DNA from: Vicugna vicugna | Lineage: Eukaryota | NCBI GenBank assembly: GCA_013265495.1 | Contig: MU059922.1 | Coordinates: 2,984,661-3,048,660, forward strand | DNA: 64,000 nt | Direction: 5' to 3' | Shown here: piece after piece, positions 49,484 through 63,539 of the stretch | How the letters are laid out: the number at the start of each line of letters is the position of its first letter | How positions within the stretch are numbered: the stretch's first letter is position 1 | Program-made: the position numbers and the translations under genes | Notes under the pieces: generated by a model | Seen by the model: the letters and a program-made list of their open reading frames with translations, nothing else | Told to the model about the DNA's origin: nothing | The model's database searches: none

Positions 49484-50909
49484 GCATAAAAGGGCTAAAA
49501 CAAATAATAATCCCTTAACACTTTGATGGTTTGTGGTTTGTATTATTAAATTTAAATATCATTATTTCAAGTATTTTCTTGGTAACAGTCCCCAGAAGAA
49601 AGCAGGTACTCTTAGATAACTGTGAAATGACTGAATCAGAACCCCTAGCCTTGTGTTCCGACTCCAAAGCCTGTATTTCAATTTCCGCAGCATTCTTTGA
49701 AAATTCCAGACTCAGAGAAGTTAACGTATTTAATTGAAAGTAAGCTAGGATCGTGTTGGCAGAATAGCGGATGTTTTAGCAGAGTCATACATTCTGAAAA
49801 ACCTACCTGTGAGGCTGCCTTAACACTTGCTCTCTCCTTGCGAGTCATCAGACGTTCTCCAGAAGCCTACCTTCCTCCACTGGTTTCCTTCCATGGGAAC
49901 TTTAAAACAGAAAAACACCACGCTTTACATTTGAGAAATTTGGCGGGTCCTTGAGAACATAATTTATTCCCTTTTAACAAGTACCTGTCTCACTGTAACC
50001 CGCTGTGAGATGACACAGAGTGATTTCAGATGTAGTTATTTTTTCCTATTTCCCTTTGCCACAAAATCATTTTTCCACATACCTTGTGTAATGTCTACAA
50101 AATGATTTTCAAGGGGTCTTTCGGCATGTGCACTTATTTATCATCATATATTTGTAAATGAAAGTTCGGGGATGAGACAGAATATAGACAGCTAATCTTA
50201 AGGCTGCTCTGGATGACAGGCACAGAGGCAACACGGACCCTTCCAAAGGAGGAAAATGTCAGTCTGGAAAATTGCCTTTCCTAGCTTCACATGGGTCCTC
50301 ACTGTTCAGAAATGAAGATGGAAATCATTTCAAGGCGTACTAGTAGAATTGGCAGCTGCTGTTTCATTGTCTACAATCCGTTAACACATGTGCATACTTT
50401 TCACAAAGCAACAGAGATTATTTAAAGATTGTCATGTGTAGGAAGAAAGTTTCAGTATTGTAAGAGTGTTTCTGAAGTCAACATTTAAACTTATACAAAT
50501 CTACATCTGGCCATTGAAAATCCAAATACAGTTTACTTTAGAAATAGAATTTCTTATCTGCTAGTTCTTAAAAGTAATTGCCGGTTTTGGTTTGAATTGT
50601 TGAATGATATCCAGGACAAAAAAAAAATTAAAAGATGCATGAAAAGACATTCATCGCTGCTGTCAGCAAGTGAGCGATTCGGTTTGAGTTGCCTCAAGTT
50701 GCCTCAGAGAACGCCTGCCCGAGCTCGTGGCAGATGCACCCGTGAGGCTTTGCTGTGCTTGTCTAGTGAGCAAGTGGGATTTATAAGTTTAACTCACAGA
50801 ACAGAAGCATTAGAAGCGCGATCTGCTAAATAATAAGGCTGCGGGGCACGCATCCCAGGATGTGTGTTCACAGTCTTTTGTTTTTCCGTGTGAAAGGCTT
50901 AGTCCAGGA

Positions 50910-51030
50910 GAGGGAGGACCATTTAATGAGCACCTGTAATTTCTCAGATCCTGTAAAAGAAGGTATTCTTTTTTCCAGCTTTAAAATGAAGAAACAGAGG
51001 CCCAGAGAAGTCCTGTGCTCACATGATAAC
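50910..51030 (-). mobile_element. MIR fragment
   Basis: 'ctttaaaatgaagaaacagaggcccagagaagt'. Confidence 0.6.
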
Positions 51031-52832
51031 TTTCTGGGGCAAACTCTGTTCTTCTCTCTCTCCACGTGTTGCAGAACATCCCCAATAGCTCCCCATCCCC
51101 TGAGCTCCAGTGACTCAGTTGTTAACTTTGCCTACTCTTTTACCAAGATATCAGAGTGGAAATAATGAAAAATATATATTTTTATATTTCTGTGCGACCG
51201 TGCTGATATTATCTTTCTTCGGGTCGTTTTTCTACTATTAGAGGAATTCTTTAGGTTATCTGCATAGCTGCTGACTTTTAGTTTCCTTAATGAAATCAAT
51301 GTATTACTAGTAGACTGTTTTCAAAAGAGCTGGACACTTAAGTGGAAGATCCGACTCAAGTCTCAGATCTGCCCACTTTGCTTGTGGTAACAGCAAAGAA
51401 GTCACTTAACTTCTCTGGTTCATCCTTAAGAGGAAGAGCTTGGACGTCCAGCTCCTCCAGCTGCAGTGAACGTGGCCCAGGTCCAGGCAGGGCCAGTGGG
51501 GAGTCCTGGGCAGGGTGAATCTCTGGAGACAGCAAAGCTGGCTGTGTATGGTCTCCCCAGTGATGGCAGGGCCCTGAGGAGTGTCCTTGCAGCATCTCCA
51601 GTCCCAGCTTTCCTAACTGGCTTTGGAGAGGAGGATCTACCAAAAGAATGGCTCCTTTTGCCTATTGTTCAGAATTGTTCCCTGAGATTAAATCACAGGG
51701 AAAAGAGAATCCTGAGACTCTTCACAGTGGATGCAAGCTTTTATGTACCTGATAGACTGTCCATCCAAGTCTGGACGACTGTGAATCACAGTCTTTAGCA
51801 AGGGCCAACATACTGATTTTGTATCAGTGTATGTCCAACACCCAGTTGGAAAAATATGATCATCTATCTCACTATAGGAGTGAATTTGAAATAAAAATAT
51901 ATTATAATAGAAAACTTGAAATTAAAGAAAGAATTTGCATTCACTGAGCTCTAATGTCTCTTCTAAGTTCAAGTAGTTAGGTAAGATCCAGAAAATGCGA
52001 AAACAAAGCAAGGGTCTCTAAATTTGGCAAGTGTTGCTTGCAGCCGGAGCGTTCTAATATTTTGCCTGTTTATGTCACTTCCTCTTTGATGCCTGACCAT
52101 TGCCCCACCCACCCACTTGCGTGTCTCCTCTGCCCTCCCAGGTACCTGCTGTCAGGTTGTATAATACCGATGTATGTGCTAAACATCTCTGGTTTTCACT
52201 GAAATAATCCTTAGGGTATATATAATCAAGAAAATAATATATAATGTTATAATTAATACTGAACTCTAAGTTATATCCATATTCTATTTCCTAGGCAAGT
52301 TGGGATTGTGGGACCGTGTTAAGTAGAAGCAACATCTTCTTTATCTCTGAACATCCAAGGTGTATACAGTGTCACCTACATTAATAGCCACCCTTATATT
52401 TGCCAAGTCAATCCTTGAAGCAAGCAGTTGTCTAAGGAAAGAATTTAGTTTTAGTTTTCATTTGAATAATCCTTAGGACATAATCAAGAAAAGAGTCCAT
52501 AAGGTTGTAAATTAATACTGAATCTGATTTATGTCCTTTATTTTTATTTTTAGATAAGTTGGAACTTATAGACCCACATAATTAGTAGTGAGTTCATGGA
52601 ACAGCATTTTAACTCCTTTTCCTTCAAAATACATATTTTTCAGAGAGTTTAGTTGTTACTGCTGTTTTGGTATGATCTGTTTTTTTGCTTCTGAGTTTGC
52701 AGGTATATTTTAAGGGTTTAATTTAAGAATAATTTTTTTTCACAGAAATTTAAAAGATTTACTGAAGGCTGAGCCTCTGAGCAGTTTGGTTCCTCTAAAT
52801 GAAATATTGAGGTCAAAACCCTTTTTGGTACC

Positions 52833-53249
52833 TATGTTGGTTTCCTGGGTAGCTTCTACAGAAATTTATTCTCCCAGAGCTCTGGAGGCTAAAAGTGTGA
52901 AATCAAAGCGTTGGCAGTGTTGGTTTCTTCTGAGGTCGTGAAGGAGAATCTATTCCGTGCCCCTCTCCTGGCTTCTGGTGGTTTACTGGCAATCTTTGGC
53001 CCTCCCGTAGCGTGTTGACAAGCCCCCCCGATGTCTGCTTTCATGTTCACATGGCCTTATCCTTGTGTGAGTCTTTGTCTCTGTGTCCAAATTTCCCCTT
53101 TCTATAAGGACACCAGTCGTCCTGGGTGGGAGCCCAGCCTAAAGGTCTCATCTGCGTTGAGCCTATTTCCAGATAAGGTCACATTCTGAGGATTAGGGGT
53201 CAGGATTTCGACATATGAATTTTGATGAAACACGATTCAACCCTTTACA
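52833..53249 (-). mobile_element. MLT1C-like MaLR LTR
   Basis: 'agaaatttattctcccagagctctggaggctaaaagtgtgaaatcaa..ctatttccagataaggtcacattctgagg..gattcaaccctttaca'. Confidence 0.85.
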
Positions 53250-53539
53250 GTGATCACGTATCACAATGAAACCAAACAAAAAAGAAAAACTTAAAGTACA
53301 AAGGAAACTTGTATTCATCTCTCTCTACAAGCTGAAAACAATGGTTTAAAGTAGCAATCTGTGAGTATATTATGGAGAGAAGATGACCTTTGAATTTTTT
53401 TTTATAAAGCAGATGGTTTGGTATCACTTCTACAAATGTGCAATCACCTATATCTTCTTCAAGGAGCTCAGATTTGCCCCTTTTCTTTTTATGACCACAT
53501 GAGTCATTCGTATCTTCATCCGTTGATGCTGTAGATATG

Positions 53540-55590
53540 TATTGAACATCTGCTGCGCTCGGCATTGTTCTGAGCACTGCAGATACTTTCGGGGGCTGAA
53601 AGAGGCTCTGGCCCTGTTCTGTGGAGCTTACAGTCTAGGGAAAAGAGAGATTAATCAGATAATCATATTATTAAATGTAAACCACTATTTGGACAGCCAT
53701 ATAAAATAAACTAGGAGTGGTGCTGTGAAAAGGTGTAAAAGGGGGATTTAAGCTCATGAGGTTGTAAGTGAGGGCCAGTCAATGGAGTCTGCCATGCAGA
53801 GGTGATGTCTGAGCTGGGATCGGAAGGTTGCGTAGGTGTTAGGTCTTGGTGAAGCGGGAAGGAGCCTGCCAGGCAAAAGGAAAGCAGATTCAGGGTGCTC
53901 AAGAAAACTACCCCCCCCCAAAAAAAAAACAGAGAAGAAAACTTGAGTGTGGCTGGAGTGCTAAGATCTGGGCTGAGCAGCAGAGTGGGAAATGAGATGA
54001 CAGTAGTAAAGGGTCTTTATTTGAAGATGGGAAACCACTGAAGTGTTTCTAGGAGAGCTGTGGCATGATCAGATTTGAATTTTTAAAAGATTATGCCCAC
54101 AGCAGCGTAGAGAACTGGATGAAGCTGGGCTTAAGTGATCGGCAGGAGTCCAGCTGAGCGATGACCGTGGCTCCCACTGCGATGGCAGTGATGCTGCTGA
54201 GGGACAGCCTCACCTTCAGCAGGTGGTTGGTTGGTGAGACGGGCAGGATATTGTGACCAAGTGGGCATGGGAATTAGGATAAGACAGTCACCAGGAATGA
54301 GTCCTGGCTTCTGGTTTACATAAACAAGAGTAAGAATGCTGAAAGAGGACCAGTTTTATGAGGTAAAACCCTGTTTTTTGTATTTGAGAATGTTGAGTTG
54401 AACGTGGCTTTGAGATATCACAATACAGAGAGCAAGCAGGCAGTTGTATCCTTCCATCTGGAGCTCAGAAGCAGGTCTTGGCGAGATGTGCACGTTCTGT
54501 GTATAACTGACAGAGCTCAGGATGGGGTGGGCTGTCACCTAGGGAGGGAAAATAGAGGGAGAAGGGAAGAGTGCCTAAAAATCATCTTTGAGACACCCCA
54601 ACATTTAATTCCTAGGCAGAAGAACCTATTTTGACAGGCAGAGTAGTAAAGTGAACTTCAGGAGCCTCTGAATTGAGTAGAGCCAAGAGATAAAGGTGGT
54701 TCAGGAGGAAGGAGCCAGATGCTGAGAGATCAGAGGATTCGGTAAACTTGGTGACAAGGAGAATGTGGAGCCCTAAAAACTGCCGTTTAGGTGGAAGAGT
54801 ACGTGCGGAAGCCAGAACAAAACGGGCTGAAGGAGTAGAAACTGGGGAGGGGAAAAATGGGCACAGCAGGTGTAGGGTAGACAAGCAAACACACTGGAAG
54901 CTAGGAGGTCATAGTGAGAGTTGGAGATGCTTGAATTCCAGGGTGTGGAGATGGGGAAATGCAAGGTCAGTGAGATAGAGAAAGGATGTGAGGATGTAAA
55001 ATGGACTGAGCTGGTGAAATGGACAGGGAAAGATTGTTCAAAACAAGGAGGGAAATGATTAGAAACTGTGTTCTTAGGTGAGCGGTCTGTGTACTGTAGG
55101 ATGGACAGGTCCAAACCAGTGCCTGAGACTTTAATCAGTGAGGAGAAGGCAGGAGGGATCAGGATGACAGCTAAGGTGACAGCAGAGAAGGTGATGTGCC
55201 AGATGGCATGAGCATCCTAAGAGCAGGTTGTAGACGAGGAATCCAGGCGTGAGGACGTGGAAGCAACAGTCCGATCTCAGTCCCACCAACAGACCTGGGG
55301 CCCCTGGGGTGGGAGGGAGGAGCAGCCCCACCTTGAGAAGGCACGGGGACATCCCGGCCTGGAGCGTGCAGGTGGGGCACAGAGCAGAGGGGAGACTTGG
55401 AGGGGACAGATTTCAGGGAGCTTTATGGATTTTAGAAATCACAGTGGAAGGACTTCAGGTGTCACTGGGCAGGCGGCTGGGTTCAGGGAAGGGAGGAGCA
55501 GACCAAGCGATAAGGGTGATGGTGTCGCAGAGGATGAGGCCTGGGTGGGGGCAGGTGGGAGGACTTTCAGTGAACGTATTGAATGATGAA
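53540..55590 (-). mobile_element. Long (~2 kb) L2 relic (3' end plus ORF2 region)
   Basis: Starts with the antisense L2 tail ('tattgaacatctgctgcgctcggcattgttctgagcactgc') and continues as purine-rich antisense L2, e.g. 'gttgtatc..tctggagctcag', 'gcggaagccagaac..gctgaaggagtagaa'. Confidence 0.7.
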
Positions 55591-56974
55591 AACATTTGCA
55601 GAGCATGTGGACACGGTGGGGTAGTGATCCTAAGGGTCGAATGGCAACTCGATGTGACGGGGATGGTTGTCGTTCACCCGGGTGCAGCTCCCAGGAAACA
55701 TCCGCAGGGGCAACCGGACCTCCAGACAGTTCTTAGACATGATTATGTACATAGTGTGTTCATGGGTAAGCAAAACCAGGGGCGCCACCCGGTCACATCC
55801 AACCATCAATTCTGTGCAAAGAAATTCCACGAGTGACTTAACACCAGATGGTTGAAACAATTCATTAATGGCTTGAATTATTCATTATTTCTAGCTGTTT
55901 TCCTATCGTGTAGTTATAGCCTGGGGCTGTACTTCAACAAAAAGCTACAATATTTACCTATTTGAAGTAGTTATGGGAAGTGGGGATTCGAGCTGGTAAT
56001 TCTTGAAGGTGCTTGGGAAATAGGCTTGTAAAAGAGCAGACGTCTCACACACACAAGCGTGCACGCCCAAAACACTACCGAGAAAGTGAGTTATTAACAT
56101 CCCATTAGAAAGACTTCTTTTCATTTTATAACAGGTAATTAGCCAACCACATTAGGCAATAATGAGAGTTAGTAATCACTTTTTTTTATTAAAGAAATTA
56201 GACTGGACTCATTTTAAAACAACATTTAATGCATATGTGGCGATGAATATGCAAGAGGTGTAAGTTGCTTAAGTGAAAGGTGTGCTTATCAAGGTCCTCC
56301 TCCAACCAAGATAATGACTCAGGAAGGGCTGGAAAGCAGAGTTACTTTTCTCAACTTATGGAAGTATGTTCTGTCTGTAACTCCTGAATGACTGAGCTGA
56401 CACGACAGTTGGACTGGATTTTGTATGCTTTAGGACATACTCTGAATGGGCTGCATTTCATTTTCATAATACTTTGCCACCAGGATTGGCAACAGAAATT
56501 ATTGTCTCTCCAGGTATGTGCTTTATCATGGTCACTTAAATTGACTGTTGCTAATTTAAGAAAGCCACAACTGAGGCTGAAGTTTCAAACGTCTACCTGA
56601 GTGTAGATCGCTGTCCACTGTGACGTTTGATGCAAGCTAAACCCTCCTAGGCGATTTTTGCATTCTTCTGAAGATCTTACATAGATGAAGTAACCTTCAT
56701 AGGAAATGAAATATCCGACTTCACTCTCGATGAAATTAGATAATTCTAACACGGTCCTTTCGGGCTGTGGGCGACTTAGCTGTTGTTTCCTGCCACTGAT
56801 TTTCCAGATAAGCTAGCAAATGCTTGGGAAAGGTAGGAGACCTGAGTTCCCACCCCCAGACTGTGCTTCATTGATGCTTGTGCTCTTCGCTGCCAAGAGT
56901 CTTGATGTGAAGATCTTCACTGTAAATTGCCAGTAGGTGATCTCTTCATTTCCAGGGCTTTAAATACCATCTAT

Positions 56975-57955
56975 ATGGTAATGCCTTCCAAATTTGTATC
57001 TGTCCCACCACCCTCTTCCCTGAGCTGGAGACTAATACATCCAGCTTGCTAGTAACATCGCCCTTCAGGTGTCTGACAGGCACCCCGGTATTGGCGTGAC
57101 CTGACCTGCTCCTCTCCAGCCTTGGCCGTTTCAGAGAAAGGACCCACCATGTACCCAATTACTGATGAAAAAGACTTTGAAGCCTCTTCCCTTCCTCTTT
57201 GCCCCACATCTCATCCAGACCCTCATGAATCATCCAGTAGAATTTATTTTAAGTTTAAAAGGAGATCCTGTCATTGCCAACCTTGAGGTCCATCCTGAAT
57301 TACCTTCTCTCACCGCATCCCAAACCACCGCCATCTCTACTCCACCACTGCAGTCGCCTCTTGCCTGGTCCTTCTTTGTCCAAACTGGCCTTCCTGTTGA
57401 CTACAGGGCAGGATATTTTGTATTCTGAAATACGAATGCAATCACTCCCTGGTTCATAATCCTTTTCTGGCTCCCCACCTCTTAGAACGAAACTTTGACT
57501 CCTCACCCCGCCTGCAAGCCCCTGAGCCATCAGCTTTTGCCACCCTCTGCCCAGGGCTTTTCTGCCTTGCTCACCTCATCCGGCTGCACGTGTGAATCTT
57601 CTTAGCGCTTCCAAGCCCTCCATTAGCCCTTACTCTGCCTGGAATGCTCTTCCCCCAAAGCTTCAAGTACCACGTCTCTTCATCATTCAGTTTCCTGTTT
57701 AAATGTCACCTGCTCAGAGAAGCTTTCCTCAGCCACACTATGGGAACCAGTTTGTGGTCCACCCCTGGCCCTCCCTACCAACCTGCTCTCTCTCCTTCAT
57801 CACACATACCGCTATGTGAGATCATATTATTTGTTTATCTTCTGTCTTCCCCACTAGGACGTGAAGAGAAGGAGCTTGACTTTGCTTGCTATGGTATCCT
57901 TAATACCTGCATGTAAAGTCGAGTTCATTAAATGGTTGTTGGATGAAGAATAACA
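56975..57955 (+). mobile_element. L2 3' region (~1 kb)
   Basis: 'ttccaaatttgtatctg..ccctgagctggagac..tgcctggaatgctcttccc..cctgctcagagaagctttcctc..ttaaatggttgttggatgaag'. Confidence 0.8.
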
Positions 57956-58199
57956 GTGTACTTCTTTCACTGTGATTTGATTTTTAAACTGTAAAAATTA
58001 TCAGTTGATTGACTGATATAAGGAAATCGAATTGCTTGTATTACCTCCCACTTTCTCTGATCCACTCTACCCCTCACACTACATCAGTCACATTATTATT
58101 TATGTATTATTATAATTAATACTGCTTACATGCTGTTCTATAACTTGAGTCTCACGGTTGTTTAGACATAGGTCTGCATTTGAGTTCAGTGTTTACCAC

Positions 58200-59100
58200 T
58201 GCTTCTTTTACCAGAGCTGCCTTTTCCATCTCTTGGTTGTTGGACATTTATTATTTAATATTTTTTAAAAATGCTCATGAGAGTTAAAGTCCCAGAGGTC
58301 TTGTTTGTTGGGAATGTCTGTCACCACCTGCATACCAGTTTTTCTAAAAATGACAGTTGCTGAGTCACACCTTCTTTCCCCAAGGATTTTGCAGACAGGG
58401 TTCTTCCATCTCTTGGTACCAGTCACCACAACTAAGAGAATAAAGGCCACCCTGATGTCCTTGTCTTTTATCTGGATACCTATAGAATTTTGGGGTATTG
58501 GTTTTTTTTGACAAATTCACTGCAATATTCTCATTTTTGGTCAATTTCTACCAGTATTCACTGTAAGTTTATACTTTCTATGGATTTCATTTTCTTTCTA
58601 AAAATACCCTTTTATTATATCATTAAGTTTTTAATGGCATTTATTATTTCCAGTTGTATTTTTGTCTTCCATGATTGTTATTCACTAACATTCATCAACT
58701 TTTTGGTCCTCTTCAATTTTATTTTTCTCAAGTTAGTCCTAAATGCCGCTGATTATAGTTTCATTGAAGCCTGTTTTCCTTTGCGCTGATTTTTACGTAA
58801 CTTGCAGTTATGCGATGACTTAATTTTTCTCTTCCACTTCTTTCCCAGAATCTATCAGCTCACTTTTGGGCCACTTCTGTTGTTTTACCACATCTTACCG
58901 GGTACTTCTATCCTGCTGTCCCTTCCTTGGTGCCTTGTTACTTAGCGGGCATATGATGCACATTTTATCTGCTCTGTGGTACTTGTTATCTGATATGTGT
59001 TCTCTCCCTCTCTCTCTGGCCTTCTGTTGGCTGAATTTTTCTTTTTCTTCTCATTTAGGCCGTATCCTTGCATAAGCCTCATGTTTTTCCTTTTTGGTGT
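58200..59100 (-). mobile_element. Very old L1 (L1M/L1ME) internal fragment
   Basis: T-rich antisense L1-like sequence, e.g. 'tttgttgggaatgtct..ccaaggattttgcagacagggttcttccatctcttgg'. Confidence 0.5.
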
Positions 59101-59699
59101 TTACTCATAAAAATTGGATAGGAGAACGTTTCCTGTTCCCCGCATGTGTACAAAGTGTGGGGAAGGGACAAGGTGGTAGCTCAGGACGACACCGTCTGCA
59201 GTGTCCTCTGCGTCTCTGCCCCGCAGTGGATCTGCTCTTGGCGGGCAGTACGAGACCCGCCACCTGAGTTTCTCGTGTGGTGCCAGAGCGTCTCCAGCCG
59301 GCCAAAAGGAAATTTCAGGAACATGCGTCACACACAGGTTCGCTCCACTTGGACACGTGGGCAGTCGGACTTCAGAAGGCGGGCTGTGGCTGGAGCTGTT
59401 ACACCCTCACTCAGCCCTCTCCTCCCTGCCACTCCTTGTTGTCACACTGGGCACAGGGAGGCCTGGTCCGCAGACCACAGGACTGGACCTTGTTATTCCA
59501 GTCTGGGTTTTACTGGTTTCTCCCTTTAGGGTGCCACCTAATTAGGATTATTTGCTCTCCTAGTTCTACCCTAATTCTGCAGAGTCTGGAGTCCTCTTTC
59601 CTTGCACCTCGCCTGCCTGCCCTGCTCATAAAGTCTTTTTCTTCTTATGTTGTGGTGTGTTCTTCAGGCATTTCCAAAATTCATTAAAGACAGAATTTC

Positions 59700-60780
59700 T
59701 TTTTTTATGTAACAGCTTTATTGATTTTCAGATGTTAAACCAGTCTTGTAAGTCCCTTGTTCATGGTGTATGATCCTTTTGACATATTTGTGGGGTTTTT
59801 TGCTAGCATTTCATTGAAGGTTTTCACATCTTTTTCAGAAGAGATATAAATCTGTGTTGTTTTTGTCTTGTGATGTCTTTTTCTAGTTGTGGTAGGAGGG
59901 TAATACTAGTTTCATAGAACTGATTAGAAAGTGTTTCCTCCTCTTCTGTTTTATTGAAGATTTTGTGAAGAATTGTTATTAATTATTCTTTAAGTATTCT
60001 GTAGAATTTGCCAGTGAACCCATCTGAGCTTAGACTTTTTTTGGGGGGTACTTTAAAAAAATTATTAGTCCTTATTTGTTATAAGATATTTTATTTCTTT
60101 TTGGGTCAGATTGGGTAGTTTATGTCTTTCTAAGAATTTATATATTGCATCTTAGTTGTTTAATTTGTTGGCAGATAGGTGTTCATAGTATTCCCTTATA
60201 ATCCTTTTTATTTCTGTAAAGTCAGTAGTAATGTCCCATATTTCATTTCTGATTTTAGTAATTTGAGTATATTCTTTTTTTCTCTCTCAAATCAGGCTAG
60301 TTAAGGTTTGTCAATTTTATTGATCTTTTCAAAGAACCAACTTTTGCTTTCATTGTATCTATTTTTCTCTATTTTGTTTTGTTAACCTTTATTATTTCCT
60401 TTCTTATTCTTTTCTTATTCTTGCTCTTCTTTTCTCAATGTCTTTAGCTACTGTTTGCATGACATACATACCTTTTTCATCCTGTTACTTACAACCTATT
60501 TGTATTTTTTCATCTAAAGTGTATCTCCTATAGACAGTGTATTATTGGATCTTGTTTGTTTATCCAGTGTGACACTGTCTGCCTTTAGGATCGTTTAATC
60601 CACCCACATTTAATGTTATTATTGATGTAGTTGGGTTCATGTCTGCCATTTTACTTTGTTTTCTTTGTCTCGTGTCTTTTATGTTTATTTTTCTTTACTG
60701 CTTTCATTACACTAAGTGAATATTTTATAGCATTTCTTTTTTGTTTTCTAATTTTCTTTCTTAGCTTTGGTTGGTTTCAG
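59700..60780 (-). mobile_element. Old L1 ORF2 fragment
   Basis: 'gatgttaaaccagtcttg..ggtaatactagtttcatagaac..gtagaatttgccagtgaacccatctgagc..gatcttttcaaagaaccaactttt..ctcctatagacagtgtattattggatcttg'. Confidence 0.85.
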
Positions 60781-63539
60781 GAAGCAAGGAGAAGCAGAGG
60801 TCTTTACTCTCCCACTTTAGACTAGAAGTTCTCTGTCTTGGTCTTCATGCAGCAAACATTTCATAATACCTGCTAAACCTATTGTAGATGTGTCTGAGTT
60901 TCATCACAGATCATCCTCTCCTGAGCATCTTGGTTCAGTAACGTACACATGGGATACTAGTAAAGAAATCCAGGCCCTTGTCATAGCTCTGTTAACCCAG
61001 TTGTATGATCGTGGGATAGTCAGTGACTTCATTTGAACTAATTTTTTAATATGAAATAAGGGAATTGAATTGAGGATTTCATTTAGTGTTTATTTTGATA
61101 CCAATCTGTTGAAATTTTAGAAATACAGTGATTATATGGCCTAAAATACATATGCACATGAATGAGACACCTCTTAGAATAAGGAATTTTGTCTAAAACT
61201 GAAGCATCTGGGGGCATAGAATTTAACTAGATCCCTACCGTAGTAAAACAGTGATTTGGCTCACACCACTGACCAGTAGCCCGCAGACTATCCCCTTCTG
61301 AGCAAGTGACCAGATTTGGGGATGGGAGGAAATACAGACTTTGAAGTGATTATAACTGTAAGTTAATCCAAGAGACCTCATTAGAATCAGAGTTTGTGTG
61401 AGTCCTATGTCTATGTCCAATGATTTTGCAAAGATATTTTGTTAGCAAATCCATTGTCTGTTGACTGTCTACAGCGTGTATACGTCTCGCTTATGTGCTA
61501 TTGTGTAGCAAGAAGACATGATCCCTGCTCTAATGGGCCCCATTTTAAAATGAAAGAGAGAATAAACACAGAAGGGCACTTTTAATTATTAACGACAACT
61601 GAAGGGAACTTTAGCACAAATAATTCCGCAGACGTTTCTATTTGGCTTGGAATTTTAATATGATTTTTGACAGATCTATTTACCTAATTATATTTTATCT
61701 AGGATAGAATTAAAATGAGCTTCTATCCTCTAAGCACTCACAGACAGACCAGGATTTTAAAATGTTTTGTGAATTACCCATAATGAGGAAAACTCTCAGG
61801 TAGATAACCAACAGTCTAATATACATAAAACCACAAATGACAAAAAAAGAAAAAACAGGCACATTTCTCTATCACTGAGCACAGCTGGGCAAGGAAGCAC
61901 AGAGGCACTGAAGGGGATTCGTGGGGTGAATGGAGCCAAGACTATTAGTGTCTAAAAGCTTTGCACCGATGCCCTCCTGCAGCACGTTTCTTTAACACTT
62001 TAAAATTGTTCCTCGTCCAGCTGTTTCATGGAACAACATGGACTTTTATGAGCTCTCTTTTTCAGTCTTATTCTTTCTTTTACTACTACTGATAAAGAGT
62101 GGATCTTGGACAATTGAATGTTCTACTTGCATAACGATCAAAATCATGGAGATATTTTTGATAATTTAATGGATTAAAGAATCCAGACTTTAGCTTGGAA
62201 TTTATACTTCCAGGCTGATCTGCTAATGAGGGTCAGCTCGACTTAACTAGCTGTCAATTAGTGCTATCCTGATGCCCCATTGTTACTTGCTGTTAAGCTA
62301 CAAATCATATCCTCCTTTTTACAGTTCTACTTGGAATACAAAATCTCCCAATTTCATCTCCATAATTACTTTTGTAAGAAATTATCTCAATGAGACTTCT
62401 ATACGTAGTCATGATCATATATTATTATGTATTACATTGAATGGCTTTAGGTTTTAGTCCTCCTTTGAAACAATTTCTCAGTTTACCTTTCTGGTTTCTA
62501 AATTGCTATTCAAAATTTGACATTTTGGATTTCAGATCCCCTGAGAGCCAACCAAATGCGTTCTTATTGACCACTAATAAAAAGCACATCTAACAGTAGG
62601 TGATATTTGATTTAAGGCATGTGCAGGTATTTCATCCAACCACATGTTTGGAGGATAACTTTTTCATTTTTAAGCTTCTTGTTAACAACCATCCTATGAC
62701 AGCATTCCCCAAGATATGTTCCATGGAATATTATTTACATGAAATTTTAATAGATTTTTTTGTCAAAATAAGCTTAGGAAGCTGAGTAAAATAAAGTAAA
62801 ATAAAGTTATTTAGGACTTACAAGAGGTGTGGATAGGTTAGTGTGCCTTACGAGTCTCCAGGAGGGGAAAATAATGTAATGCAATCCCCTAGCGTTTTGC
62901 ATAGAGCATCTAGCAGGACTAAACTTCTGAGAAATACCCCTTTGGTGATGTCCTCACATCAGTTTATAAAGGTAGGAGAGATAGATGCGTGGGCTACGAA
63001 GCCTAGATCTCGTTTCCTACTTTCATTTTTAGATCGTTTCAATATTCCTCATTAAAAATTCAACATTAAAACAAATAGATTTACAATACAAAGGAGTTAT
63101 GTAAGTCTTGGGTGCTGTAATTACTCTTCAAATAATATGTCAATGCTATCATGTAAGTATTTTTGTCATATTTCTGACGCTATCCAAGAAATATAGCTGT
63201 AACTTGTTTTTCCACATAGACAAAAATGTTAAACCAATTGTAAGACAGTAGGACATACAGATAATGTATATGTGTTTGTTTAGAAAATATTGGCCATACT
63301 TCTGCCATACTGTAGATTGTTGTTAGTACACAAAGCACTTAATTTCGCAAGAGATTTTATAAGGTCAGTGGTGTAACTTTGAGTAGGTTTGGCAAAGAAG
63401 TATGAAAATTCTAGCAGTGTAACTATGTCATTTCCCTTCATGGGTGCCAGCCAACTGAGAAATAGACCCAAGGGTCAGATAGGGAATTAAATACAGAACT
63501 CGGCTTTATTATGGGGCAATTAACATAGTTTTGCCTATA

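Noticed and set aside
50570-50591. AAAAGTAATTGCCGGTTTTGGT resembles miR-548/MADE1
   Set aside because: There is no complementary arm or TIR nearby. MADE1/miR-548 is primate-associated while this genome is not primate, so a chance match is likely.
55249-55836. 195 aa plus-strand ORF
   Set aside because: It overlaps the antisense strand of an L2 relic, has no recognisable domain and starts at a non-ATG codon.
56908-56921. Perfect palindrome GTGAAGATCTTCAC and other short hairpins (~20180, ~56686)
   Set aside because: They are too short; several such palindromes are expected by chance in 64 kb.
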